NCBI RefSeq assembly: GCF_947568905.1
Contig: NC_079165.1
Location: forward strand, 10,044,001-10,108,000
Direction: 5' to 3'
DNA length: 64,000 bases
From: Ostrea edulis
Lineage: Eukaryota
The position numbers were made by a program, and so were the translations under genes. Shown piece by piece: positions 1 to 11,286 of this stretch. The notes beneath the pieces are model-generated. The model saw only the letters and a list, made by a program, of their open reading frames with translations, was not told the origin of the DNA and made no database searches. Within the stretch, counting starts at the first letter, position 1, and each line of letters begins with the position of its first letter.

Positions 1-670
1 ACAAATACATAGAAAGCTTATTTGTCAGGTGCATATGAACAATTTCATATATTTAACTTACAAACTCTGAAAGTGTTCTATTGTCACGTGTAGCGGTCAA
101 TTTCCCAGGTACCGATCACGCTCGCCATTGCTTAACTTACGTGATCAATATAGAGAATCTACCCCATCACTAGAAAAGCTAGCTCACTGGCGAGGCAGTA
201 TAAGTACAATTGTGTCTGACTGCCATCAAGATTTTTTTCACCAAAAAGTAGAATATAATTTCTGGAGTATTGTTGCATAAAAGAAAAAAAACAACAAACA
301 TTTTGCAAATGAAAATGTCAAATAATAAATAATATATGCATTTCCATTGTTTTTGCCTATGTCATCTTTACAAATTGTAATAAACAAACTAATTCCTCAT
401 GAATGCGATGCAGTTTTGAACAAAGTGCGTGTGAATGTTGATGAATATAGTACTTCTATTTTAACGACTCGGAATTCCGACAGAAATGAAAGTAGAATGT
501 AAATATACATCTATAAAACATATATGCGTGAGGTATGCATGGACTGCAACTCCACACCGACCTACTTTTCATGACGATAACACGCTTCATGAAATATGCC
601 GGCGTGAAGCATTGCAGTTCATATCCTTACGCATTTAAAAAAGGGGAATTTCTTTCTTAATTGAACTTAC

Positions 671-1027
671 CAGATAATTGAGGGAAAAGAGGACGAATTC
701 GATGCTGACGTTTGTTACGTCAGAAGGTCTGACATAATTATTGTAAGAGGCTCCCAAAACAGCAGCATGTATGTTCGTAGCATTTGTAGTACTAAACGCA
801 CCCAGGGAACCTGCACAATAGATACGGTGCCTGAGCATAAGATAACTGAATGAGCAAATATATAATTGAAGCAGTGATTTAAAAGGAAGAGTATAAAAAA
901 TAAGTTGATAAAATGTTGAAGTATTTTAGATTATAGAACAGAAAACATAATTCACAAACATTGTCGTCTCCTTAGACTTACCTTTTAGAGCGTGGTGGAT
1001 AGTTATCATAAATAATACACTTTTCAT
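671..1027 (-). CDS. nAChR-like subunit copy C, exons 1-2 only (gene runs off the left edge)
   Basis: Exon 1 982-1027 (46 nt, MKSVLFMITIHHALK-G, donor gtaagt); exon 2 671-810 (140 nt, SLGAFSTTNATNIHAAVLGASYNNYVRPSDVTNVSIEFVLFSLNYL, acceptor gcag, donor gtaagt). Same exon sizes and near-identical sequence to exons 1-2 of copy A. Confidence 0.8.
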
Positions 1028-4000
1028 CCTGACTATTTTTTTCTTCACATGTAAAGAATCCCAAACATATAAAGTCTGAATCTAGACGGAGCAGGCAGTG
1101 CGCAGGTGCTAATGGAAAACTTAGAATCTTTATGTGATCACCAAACCGAAAATCTCACGAGATTTACAACTTTAAAACTTAGAAATAAAACCAAGAAAAA
1201 AATAAGAATAAAATATAATAGAAAATCTAACAAATAGCACGCACTGGAGACAACACACTTCGATCCTTGCAGGAATTATTTCAGCAGTGAAATGATTTCG
1301 GCTGAGATGTTTATTTAATATCCATGCCATGTAATATGTTGAAAATTCAAAATATATCTAAGCTAGAACACGATAGTGCGTTCTTTTTCAGGACAGATAG
1401 AATTACTTTAAATCCCCTGATCATTAAATTAAAGAAACACCGAGACCAGTTTTTAAATTGATGAAAAATGTAGTTTTAAATAGGCAAATATTACCAATGG
1501 ACCTCTTGAAATATATATAACAGTAATTTGGATTTATTCTAAAGATTTGTACAACCTTCGCTGACAATTAAAAGAAGTGTAATTGAGTTGCACACGTGAT
1601 CACGTCAATTCCAGATAAGTGTGAATATTGATATATAGATGTTTAAATAACACGTTCGGTGCATGAACATGCTCAGTGAAGCAGTCAATTAAAGGGCACG
1701 GGAATACAACTGTAGCGCCACCAACAAAAAAGTAATAAAAATCGGATGTAGATGTAATTAAATGCGACAAATGACGCATCAAAGAGGGATGAATAAAAAT
1801 TTTCAGTAGCCTATTCTTTACTTAGAAAGAGTAATCTCTTACAGTGTTAAGGCTTGAACTGAAAACACAATTTAGTTTTAAATGGATGGTAATGGGTGTC
1901 TTATTAAGTCTTTTTCATAAAATCATCAAACATTAAAATGGTTTTTCTTATATTTTGTTTTTGGAAATAAACAATGTAGTAAAACTTACTGATAATTTAC
2001 GAAAATATCTAAAAAGGATTTGATTTTACTTATAACCCGCAATTTGATTGCTTTATTTGACTTTATCAACATAAACAAAGTTGCGGTATGGTCCTGTTAT
2101 ATGACGTCTTAGGAATGACGGCACAATACGTTTGGCTGTTTAGTTTCCATTTTCCATAAAAAAGGTACAGTGCATGCACAAATATAAAAGGTTTGCCGTA
2201 AATAGTTAAAGGAGACATTGATTAGGTAAGGTTTATTAGAAAATGGGTCAAGGTCACAAGATCAAATACGATTGTACCATAACGTCTTGTCAAAAAAGAA
2301 TCTATATGCAAAATATGAAAGCACTACCTTGAGTAGTTCCGAAGATATTTAACAGGATACATTTTCTTAAAAGTAGGTCAAATTTCAATGTCATAAGGTC
2401 AAAGGTCATAGTATGGAATGTAAGGTCTTCCATAAGAAATCTATATAGAAAATATGAAAGATCTAGCTTACATAGTTCAGGAGATATTGAATAATTGAAT
2501 AGGTCATATATTGAAAAAGTAGAAACCGATTTGATTCTTTGCAATAAAACGTAGATAGTGAAATATTTTCATGTTTCAAAATTTTAAAAAATCTGGTTTA
2601 AAGTAACTCCATTATTACATGTATCTGATAAATGTATAAAAAGTGTATTTATTTCCGTTTATTAGAGGAAAATGTGAAGATAACAATGATCAATCTCGTA
2701 ACTCCTGTAAAAAATACAAATCAAGCAAATGAATACCCCTGGACATACCAGAGGTGGGATCCGGTGCCTAGGAGGAGTAAGCATCCCCTGTCGACTAGTC
2801 ATATACGCCCAAGCCATATATCAGGCTCAGTTAAACCGAGTGATCCGTAGTCAAAATTTGAATATGAATCACGCCATACAGCATTTGACCCAATGATAGG
2901 TTGTATCGGCAAACTAAATCGTTATAGCGACCATAGAATTTACGAAATACTTATTTCAAACGAGACTATTGAATCCCCTGTAAGTTGTAACATCAACTTG
3001 TTTGTCAGTAGCTTGCCTTAATTTAAAAACTGATCATACGCAGAGCAATCTCTTGCGTATCGAATCAGTTCAGCTACATTGCTGTAAGAAATAAAGGAAA
3101 TCTATCGCATAATGGATTTGATAGAGAAATCAATGAAAACAAAGTTATTACCCCTGAATTCAATTTCTTGAAACATATCATTAATTATTCATATATAACT
3201 TAAGGCTATTGAAATATTTTATTTTTACAATGACCTTCACAAAAGGCTCCAACAAGATTTATGTTCCTTGAAATGAATCATTGATTTTGCACAATCTAAT
3301 GACGTCACATTACGTCACATGAGGGTGGACTAATTTTAAAACACATTTTTCAAAATAAAATATCAAGGTGTCTGTTAGAAATACATGCATGTGGTCCACA
3401 CACTGCAGTCCTTTTCTGAAGGACAACAACTTGTAATGTATAACTTGTTTTCACTGCGTAGAGGATAAAACATTTTAGGCGATCCGTTTGACAGATGTTT
3501 TTCTATGCACGAAATGGAACGAACATTTTGTACAATAGCTGATACCAACACGTCACAGAGGATGGGGAACCAGGCCAGAACACGTAGAATATATAAAATT
3601 CGACTCATATGAAACCTAAAAGTGATGTATAATACATTTATCTCATATGGTTTAAGTAGCCTCGAGACCAAATTACCAACTATTGCAAAATGGATTTACC
3701 ATGAACACGCTCTGAAATACAAATATCTTTGGGAAAGTTTAGATTCCTCCTAGTAGGTATAACAGGGACCCCGTGTGTATACTGGGACTAAAATAAGTCT
3801 AGCTTCTCCCAAAGTACAAGTTCTATTGTCTGATAAAACGAACTCGCTGTCAGTAGTACTTGGGATCAGAAGGACTTGTGCTACATGAATTATAAAGTAC
3901 AGTGTCCGTGTTGTGTCCAGATTCGATTGTGATTTCTAGAATTATGTTCAACGCCTTGTTTGAAATGAAAAGATCTGCAAAGCTTACACATTTATTATAG

Positions 4001-4139
4001 CATAAGTCAATATGGTTTAAGAATATTTGATACGGTAACAAATAAGTTTTCCAATGAGAATGAATGAATATAATATGAGAGGAGTGTAAAATGCACCCGA
4101 AATAAAAGATCACAATTACGAAAAACGTGTACCGAAATA

Positions 4140-4280
4140 ATAAGAAAATCTAAAGTTAGGACACTGAAAAATAATAAACAAATCTAAAGTTAGGACACAG
4201 AAAAATAATAAACAAATCTAAAGTTAGGACATTGAAAAATAATAAACAAATCTAAAGTTAGGACATTGAAAAATAATAAG
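4140..4280. repeat. 35-bp tandem repeat x4
   Basis: aaaataataaacaaatctaaagttaggacactga. Confidence 0.9.
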
Positions 4281-4463
4281 TAAAGGGATATCTAATTCTA
4301 CCCTGAACCAAAGTAAATCTCGACTCTATTAAGATATCTACATTTTGTAGTATTGGAACTCTACGTTAATTTTACATACTGTATCTTGACAAAACCAACT
4401 TTACGTAAAGACGAAAATCGAAGACACAGTTGTTTGAAAAGCACAAACCTAAGTTCTTGATCT

Positions 4464-4466
<3 letters not shown>

Positions 4467-4501
<35 letters not shown>
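4467..4501. repeat. (GA)n microsatellite
   Basis: Direct inspection. Confidence 0.95.
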
Positions 4502-4503
<2 letters not shown>

Positions 4504-5686
4504 TCACGATTTATATAGGACTGACAAACCAATAAGATACTAAAAATAAACAGCATTAGGTTACTTAGCCAATGAAATTGCAGACAACAAACAAAGGTTG
4601 AGAAGGCTGGCAAAAATGGTGGATATAAGGAATTGCATAGAACAGTGGAAGGTAAATATGTTAACATCGAAATATTCACTTTACACAATTTTAAATGTCT
4701 TCCGAAATAAATAGAAAATATTACAGACAAAAACGGCATGTTGTAAAGTCAAAAGCTACGTAATTCAAGTCTAATTAACATCAAAATATGTAATTCACCC
4801 CAATCTACTTCATTTCACGAGATAATACATCCTGAATGACACATGAATCTTCAATATACATAAATATGAAATAAATGGACAATGTCTTAAAATATCTGTA
4901 ATATTTGGTAAAGGTGAGAAATCGTGATAAAGGCGTGACTTGGCTATGCATATTAATTTCATATTTTTGATCACGATGCATTTTGTTTATCCTGCAATAT
5001 CACGCCCAATAAGATTTATTAGGAAGATATAACTGACGTCACAAAACACACATTGGAAAACAAAGAGTTAAAACAGGTTATTGCCTTTATTGGGCCAGTA
5101 CTAGAGTAGTTACAGAAAATCCCATAATTCATGTTGAATGCAGGTAAAGAATACAAATGAAAATACATTTTGCCAGGATTTGTAAACGAAAAAAAAAAAA
5201 CCCATATGTATTCTCTGTCCCAAACTGTAAAATCCATTTCGAACCTGACAATATCAACCACGGGTCTACTCACACTCAGAAGTATTTTTGGAATTAAAAT
5301 TTCACTTGTTTTGTGTTCTTCATACCATTAATATGTCATGAAAAGGTGAAGATCCCATAACTCCTATAACGAATACAAAGGTAAGAGTTGAGCAATCAAG
5401 GGTTCCTGGACCAAAGGTGGAATCAGGTGCATAGGAGGAGTAAACACTCCTTGTCGACCGGTTACACCCGCCTTGAGCCCTAGTTCTCGAGTAGGTTTAA
5501 CGGAATAATCCGCAGTCAAAATCAGTGCGTAAAGAACGCTAGATTAAAAATGATTATCATTTTATTAGATGCACCCATTGTACTATATACTATCACAATT
5601 ATTCGTGTGCTAAAATGTTAACCGTTTGAATATAGCAACCTTCCTTCCCACAAACTGCCAGGGTCTTTGAATATGGTACTTCTAAT

Positions 5687-8600
5687 TTAGATTGGAGGGA
5701 CATCACATACAGCTATGATTATAAATAAAGACACGGTTACAATGAACGTGAGGATATTGAACAAATAAAAGAAGACAAAGTCCAGAAAAACTGCCACTTC
5801 CTTGCATTCAAACGGAAAATCTCCCATCTTCCCCAGCACGTGTTGAGACTGAGGGCGTTGGTTCCTTACAGGTTTCAGGGATTTGTGTACGTAATTGGCG
5901 TATTGTGATTCTAAATCATCATCCACGGAAACCACTTGGTCGTTAGAACTTTCATCTTCCACTTTCTTGCTCTTGCAGTTTAGCTTGAGAAGCATGGTAA
6001 ATATTAACCACTGGAGCCATTTCGGTGTGTCCGACTGGTCTTCGCGGATATACAGGCGAAGATTTAAGACCGTAATCACTATACTCATGGCTGCCAACAG
6101 TAGTATAATGGATATGTATACACCTATTTAATAGAACCACAATCTTTATTCAGTATACATGTTATCAAAGTAAAATATATACTACGTCCATGATGCCAAA
6201 GTTACCCATAGCACCATTATTGATCCTGAGCTCAATTTTCATGGATTAACCCAAAATCATGGATAATAGAATATAGTTGTTGCAATCTTCGAAACTTGTA
6301 TCCGAAACCTAATTACCCTACATAATGTCCATTAACTCTGAATGGGATGTGAGCCAAGCACAACGGCAACATTTGACTCTTGAAAACCTGTAGATGTATT
6401 CTAGTTTAATTCTAAGGAGGACAAAAGAAAATCTGCGGGACATTACCTATGGCTGCGTGACATTACCTATGGCTGCGGTGTGTTTTGACGTTGTAGGCAT
6501 ACTGTCTCCCACGAGGGTCAATAGCACTGCCATAGCAAGAAGAACGGTCAAGATGTAGGATATCTTCTCCCCGGACTCCGCTGGCACTAGGAACGTTAAG
6601 TTTGTCAACAGAGAGATCAGTATTACAGGGTAAACAATGTTAGTCAGGTAGTGACCTGGTCGCCGCTTAAAAACAATCTGAAATTCCAATTTTGGAAACT
6701 TTTCCCCGTTTTCTTCCAAAACATGTTCTTCCACCCGTGAGGTGTATAAGATCCACTCCCCGTTCATATTGTAATCCTCCGTGTTCACTGTATCCCTGGT
6801 TTTGATCAGGTTTAGAACTTCTGTCGTGAAGGCAAAACTCGTGACTTCGATCTGACACATTTGGTAATCGAAGGGATAGTAGGTAACGTCAATATCGCAG
6901 TGTGTGACGTAGAGTCCTGGGGGGTCCCAACGCACCTCGCCAGTGTGTTTGACTTTGAAGAATATATCCCCATGGCCTATCGGGTCCATCCCAGCAACAC
7001 TACAAAATCAATGTGTACAAAGGTGTAGATACTGAGCACGTTCTATTAACCTTTGCAATCGTAAATGAAATGACTTTCATTATCCATATTGTAATAATTT
7101 GAGAATTTGATTTTTAAGAAACCCAACAAGCAAGTAATTACTGTACAGGAAATGTTGTATTTGTTATATGAAACATATAAAAGGTGAAAATAACAAACAG
7201 TAATCAATCTCATAAATCCTATAAGGAATACATAATAGAGAGTTGGGCAAACACGGACCCCTGGACACACCAGAAGTGGGATCAAATGTGTAGGAGGAGT
7301 ACGCATCCCCTGTCGACCGGTCACACCCACCGTGTACCCTATATCTTGACCAGTTAAATAGAATAGTCCAAGTCAAAATCAGTGTGCCAAGAACAGCCTA
7401 ACAATTGGTATGAAGCACGCCAGACAGCATTTGACCCAAAGATAGGCTGTATTGGCAAACTAGATCATTATATCGATCAAATATATCAGTCATGTAAAAA
7501 TATTTTTGTTGTTATGCTTTCTTTATGTTCATTAACATACGAGTTGTCGATGATAAGTTCGGGTTTCCATATCTTGTTTTGCTTCGTGTAGATGATGTAC
7601 TCTATGTCCCCGTATGTAGCGGGTGTCCACGTCAAGCGAGAATCTTCCCAGGTCTGCAATTTATAAAGACTCACATTAATCTAAATCTGGAGTTTGGTGA
7701 CTTCAAAATCCAAAAATGAAAGTGTAAGAATTTGAGTGACAAATATAATGTTATCCAAACATTCATCCTATCTCTGTAGTGAAAATAGAGTTGGGATCTT
7801 GTATAAAGTCTTTCCCATTGTACTGACGTTTAAACATGTCTTCATTAAAGAAGAGTGATACCGTTCTCTATTCACGAACATGTTCATCCGAATATTTTCC
7901 TCTGTAGACCGATACAAAGTTTGCTGTTTTATGTTCAATGTCCTATAGAGTGAGATAAATGACCAGGTGATTAATCATCTGATCTAGATCTTAATTTACA
8001 TAATTATATATACATTTCTATAATTTCTGCTTTTGATATCTTAACAATTGAATTGTTTTGATATCAATTTGCCAATGAACGCTCTGCAATAGTAACAAAT
8101 GTATGTATGAAGAGTGAAAATAACGAAAAGTGAAGATAATGAAAAGTGAAAATAACAAAAAGTGAAGATAATGAAAAGTGAAGATAACGAAAAGCGAGGA
8201 TAATGAAAAGTGAAGATAACGAAAAGTGACCAATCTCATAACTCCTATAAGCAATACAAAATAGAGAGTTTGGAAGACACGGACCTCTGGATATACCAGA
8301 GGTGAGACCAGGTGCCTAGGAGGAGTAAGAATCCCCTCTTGATAAATCTTTATAAGTATAGTATGTCCATTTTAACGTAGAATATAAACATTTAGAATGT
8401 TTTTGCTTTTAAATATCTTAATCAAATTGTTATGATAACCTTTTCCCCATGAACGCGTTACAGAAGTAAACACTGCGGCTTTAAATCCTGATATATATAT
8501 AGTTCGTCTACTGTAACGGCCGGGGAGTGTGACATAAATGAAAGTAGAATGCAAATAAATTTTATTTTTGAAAATACTTGAGGGTATGATCTGCAACGTT

Positions 8601-11286
8601 TCACATCGGTATACTTTTTAAAAATGAAATTTATTTCTTAATTAATTGAATCAACTAATTTGATAATATTAATATTTTTTTAAGGAATCCCCTCCCTTTG
8701 TCCGTTGATCGAAATTGTTATATACACTACCGATATATCACAAGATAATTCATTCTGAGCAATGGTCAATGTTCTCATTCAGTAGGCGGTTCATTGCAAA
8801 TTGTAGCTAACACTTCATTGTAATTGCCTGGCTGAAGATTTCGGATTGATTAGATTTGAATCTTCGATTCTGGTAGCTTTTCACGAGGAGATAAGCAAAA
8901 ATTAAACAGTTCGAGCTCTCACAGATAGACACATATCTTAATCTCTGACAACATTTCCCTGAAGTCCGACAAAACACGATTTGCACCAATTCATTCTGCC
9001 AGTTTGTTGTGATTTTTATTAAAGCGGACAGATCCTTGATTAATGAGATAGTCTGCAGCATGCCAAACCCACTTTCCGGTATTCCATCTGATGTAGCGCA
9101 GCGGAAAGTGTGTCAAGCATGCCCCAGACTATTAACAAGTTAACAAGGACTTAGAGTTTTAGTATGATATCTCGGTACTTACGACTGTCATCCATCCGGA
9201 AGTGGACATAACTTGAGTCTTTATGTCCTTGGAAATAAAATACAAATATAGAGTACGGAACAGATATAAACAACAACATATGTAAACAACAACAACATAT
9301 ATAAACAATAACAACATATATAAACAACAATAACATATATAAACAACAATAACATATATAAACAACAACAATATGTATAAACAGCAAGAACATATATAAA
9401 CAACGACAACATATATAAACAACAATAACATATAAAATTTAGAAATTCATTTCAAAATTAAGGATTATCTCCCTCATGCATAGCTCTTATCCTTGGACGA
9501 ATTTGGCTCCACTTTTTTGGCACGCTGTTTTTGGCTATATTTAGATCTAAAACTTCATAGTTATTTCGGATTTCAAACATTTCAGTTGAGCATCACTGAA
9601 GAGACATTATTTGTCGCAATGCGCATCTGGTGCATCAAAATTGGTACCGTATAAGTTTTACATTATGACCCCTGGGTCGAGGCCTCTGCTAGTGGACTGT
9701 TAGTCCCCGAGGGTCTCTACAGCCCAGTAGCTAAGTACTTCGTTACTAGCTTGAAAATAGGGATGTGTATTTAATTGCTGTTATAAAATTTAGAAATTCA
9801 TTTCAAAATTAAGGATTATCTCCCTCATGCATAGCTCTTATCCTTGGACGAATTTGGCTCCACTTGTTTGGCACGCTGTTTTTGGCTATATTTAGATTTA
9901 AAACTTCATAGTTATTTCAGATTTGAAAGATTTCGGTTGAGCATCACTGAAGAGACATTATTTGTCGAAATGCGCATCTGGTGCATCAAAATTGGTACCT
10001 ATAAGTTTTACATAAACAACAACAATAACATATATAAACAACAACAACAACAATATGTATAAACAGCAAGAACATACATAAACAACAAATATAAACAACA
10101 ACAACATATGTAAACAACAACATATGTAAACAACAACAACATATATAAACAAAAACAACATATATAAACAACAATAACATATATAAACAACGACAACATA
10201 TATAAACAACAATAACATACATAAACAACAACAATAGCAACATATATAAACAACAACAATATGTATAAACAGCAAGAACATATATAAACAACAATAACAA
10301 CAAATGTAAGCAACAACATATATAAACAACAACAACATATATAAACAACAACAACATATATAAACAATAACATATATACAAAACATATATAAGCAACAAC
10401 ATATATACACAACAACAACATATATAGACAACAACATATGTAAATAACAATAACAACATATATAAACAGTACCAACATATATGTATAGTCTATAGATAAA
10501 TTTCCCGTGGGGATCCGGGTTAGAATAGGTCCTCAGTACCCTTTGCTTGTAGAAGGCGACTAAATGGGGCGGTCCTTCGGGTGAGACTCCAAAAACTGAG
10601 GTCCGTGTCACAGCAGGTGTGACACGATAAAGAATCCTCCCTGCTCAAAGGCCAAAAGCGAGTGGCATACGCCTAAATTTTGCAGCCCTTCACCGGCAGT
10701 GATGATGTCTCCATATGAGTTAAATATTCTCGAGAGGGACGTTAAACAACATTCAATCAATCAATTAATCTATAGATAAATACAGTGTACTCCGGATATA
10801 TTGAAATTCAGGAGAATGACCCGAGTTGTTCATTATGTACAAAGTTCAATATAACCGAAATTGACCCATATAAATAATGTTAATGCATGGGGGGATTATT
10901 TTTTCTTTAGTGAAAGGTGAAGATAACGGTGTGACCGGTCGACAGGGGATGCTTACTCCTCCTAGTCATATGATCCCACCTCTGGTGTGTCCAGGGATCC
11001 GTGTTTGCCCAACTCTCTATTTTGTATTGCTTAAGGAGTTATGAGATTGGTCACTGTTCGTTATCTTCACCTTTCATAATTCATTACACACATACATGTA
11101 ATGTAAAGAGTAAACTTACCAGAGCATTGAGGGAAAAGAGAACGAATTCGAATATTAAATCGAAGTGGGTAACATTTTGAAATACTCAAGGATATTGACA
11201 TATATTTCATTCATATTTTATATTCCTTAATTAGTATTACCTTTCAGAGTGCATAGGATACCTATACTGCATAATACATTCCTCAT
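5687..11286 (-). CDS. nAChR-like (Cys-loop ligand-gated ion channel) non-alpha subunit copy B; exon 2 largely deleted (pseudogene or rescued by a cryptic acceptor)
   Basis: Exons: 11241-11286 (MRNVLCSIGILCTLK-G), exon 2 remnant 11120-~11150 (EFVLFSLNAL), 9183-9227 (45 nt, DIKTQVMSTSGWMTV), 7541-7653 (113 nt, TWEDSRLTW...WKPELIIDNS), 6467-6999 (533 nt; Cys loop CDIDVTYYPFDYQMC, TM1, ESGEK, TM2), 5687-6123 (TM3, loop, TM4, stop). All GT/AG and phase-compatible; no internal stops in exons 3-6. Confidence 0.85.
9431..10013 (+). mobile_element. Hammerhead-bearing tandem repeat element (351-bp monomer, ~1.65 copies; retrozyme or PLE pseudo-LTR type)
   Basis: aggattatct at 9461 and 9812 gives the 351-bp period; each monomer has a hammerhead-like core; inserted into an AAC-rich minisatellite. 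Confidence 0.75.
9941..9984 (+). ncRNA. Minimal type I hammerhead ribozyme (intact core)
   Basis: Stem I GCATCA/TGGTGC, core CTGAAGA (9947-9953), stem II GACA-ttatt-TGTC, GAAA (9967-9970), palindromic stem III (A)TGCGCA(T), cleavage triplet AUC ending at 9978. Folded by hand. Confidence 0.75.
10501..10766 (+). mobile_element. Bivalve SINE-like element (other copies ~11815-12080 -, 23291-23525 +, 26735-27010 partial, 34520-34737 -, 42350-42620 -)
   Basis: Shared body gggttagaataggtcctcagtacc...cttgtcgtaagaggcgactaaatgggg...aattttgcagcccttca...ccatatgagtgaa and (aatc)n tail. Confidence 0.7.
10911..11076 (+). mobile_element. Short Penelope-like 3-prime tail copy with inverted terminus (representative of ~19 tail fragments, e.g. 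2660-3070, 5340-5540, 7180-7480, 8200-8340, 12490-12600, 23545-23900, 26360-26480, 37410-37980, 47875-48140, 54600-54950, 56730-57090)
   Basis: Shared core ggcacctgatcccacctctggtgtgtccaggggtccgtgtttgcccaactc and terminus cgttatcttcacctttca; here the copy starts with the reverse complement tgaaaggtgaagataacg. Confidence 0.75.

Larger units (their letters stand above)
9260..10480. repeat. AAC/ATAT-rich minisatellite (ataaacaacaacaacatat) split by the hammerhead element; shorter homolog at 20590-20650
   Basis: Direct inspection; lies just upstream of the 45-nt exon acceptor in both nAChR copies. Confidence 0.9.

Noticed and set aside
80-112. Minus-strand ACCTGGGAA...CGCT..ACGTG resembling the start of the 110-nt nAChR exon
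   Set aside because: No acceptor AG, stop after 8 codons, similarity ends within 30 nt; could be chance.
3375-4113. Short ORFs in a moderately GC-richer block
   Set aside because: No recognisable motifs or consistent splice structure; probably a decayed repeat.
9151-10611. Several long Tyr/Cys/Val/Leu-rich minus-strand ORFs
   Set aside because: Translations of the AAC/ATAT minisatellite; only the 45-nt exon inside them is real.
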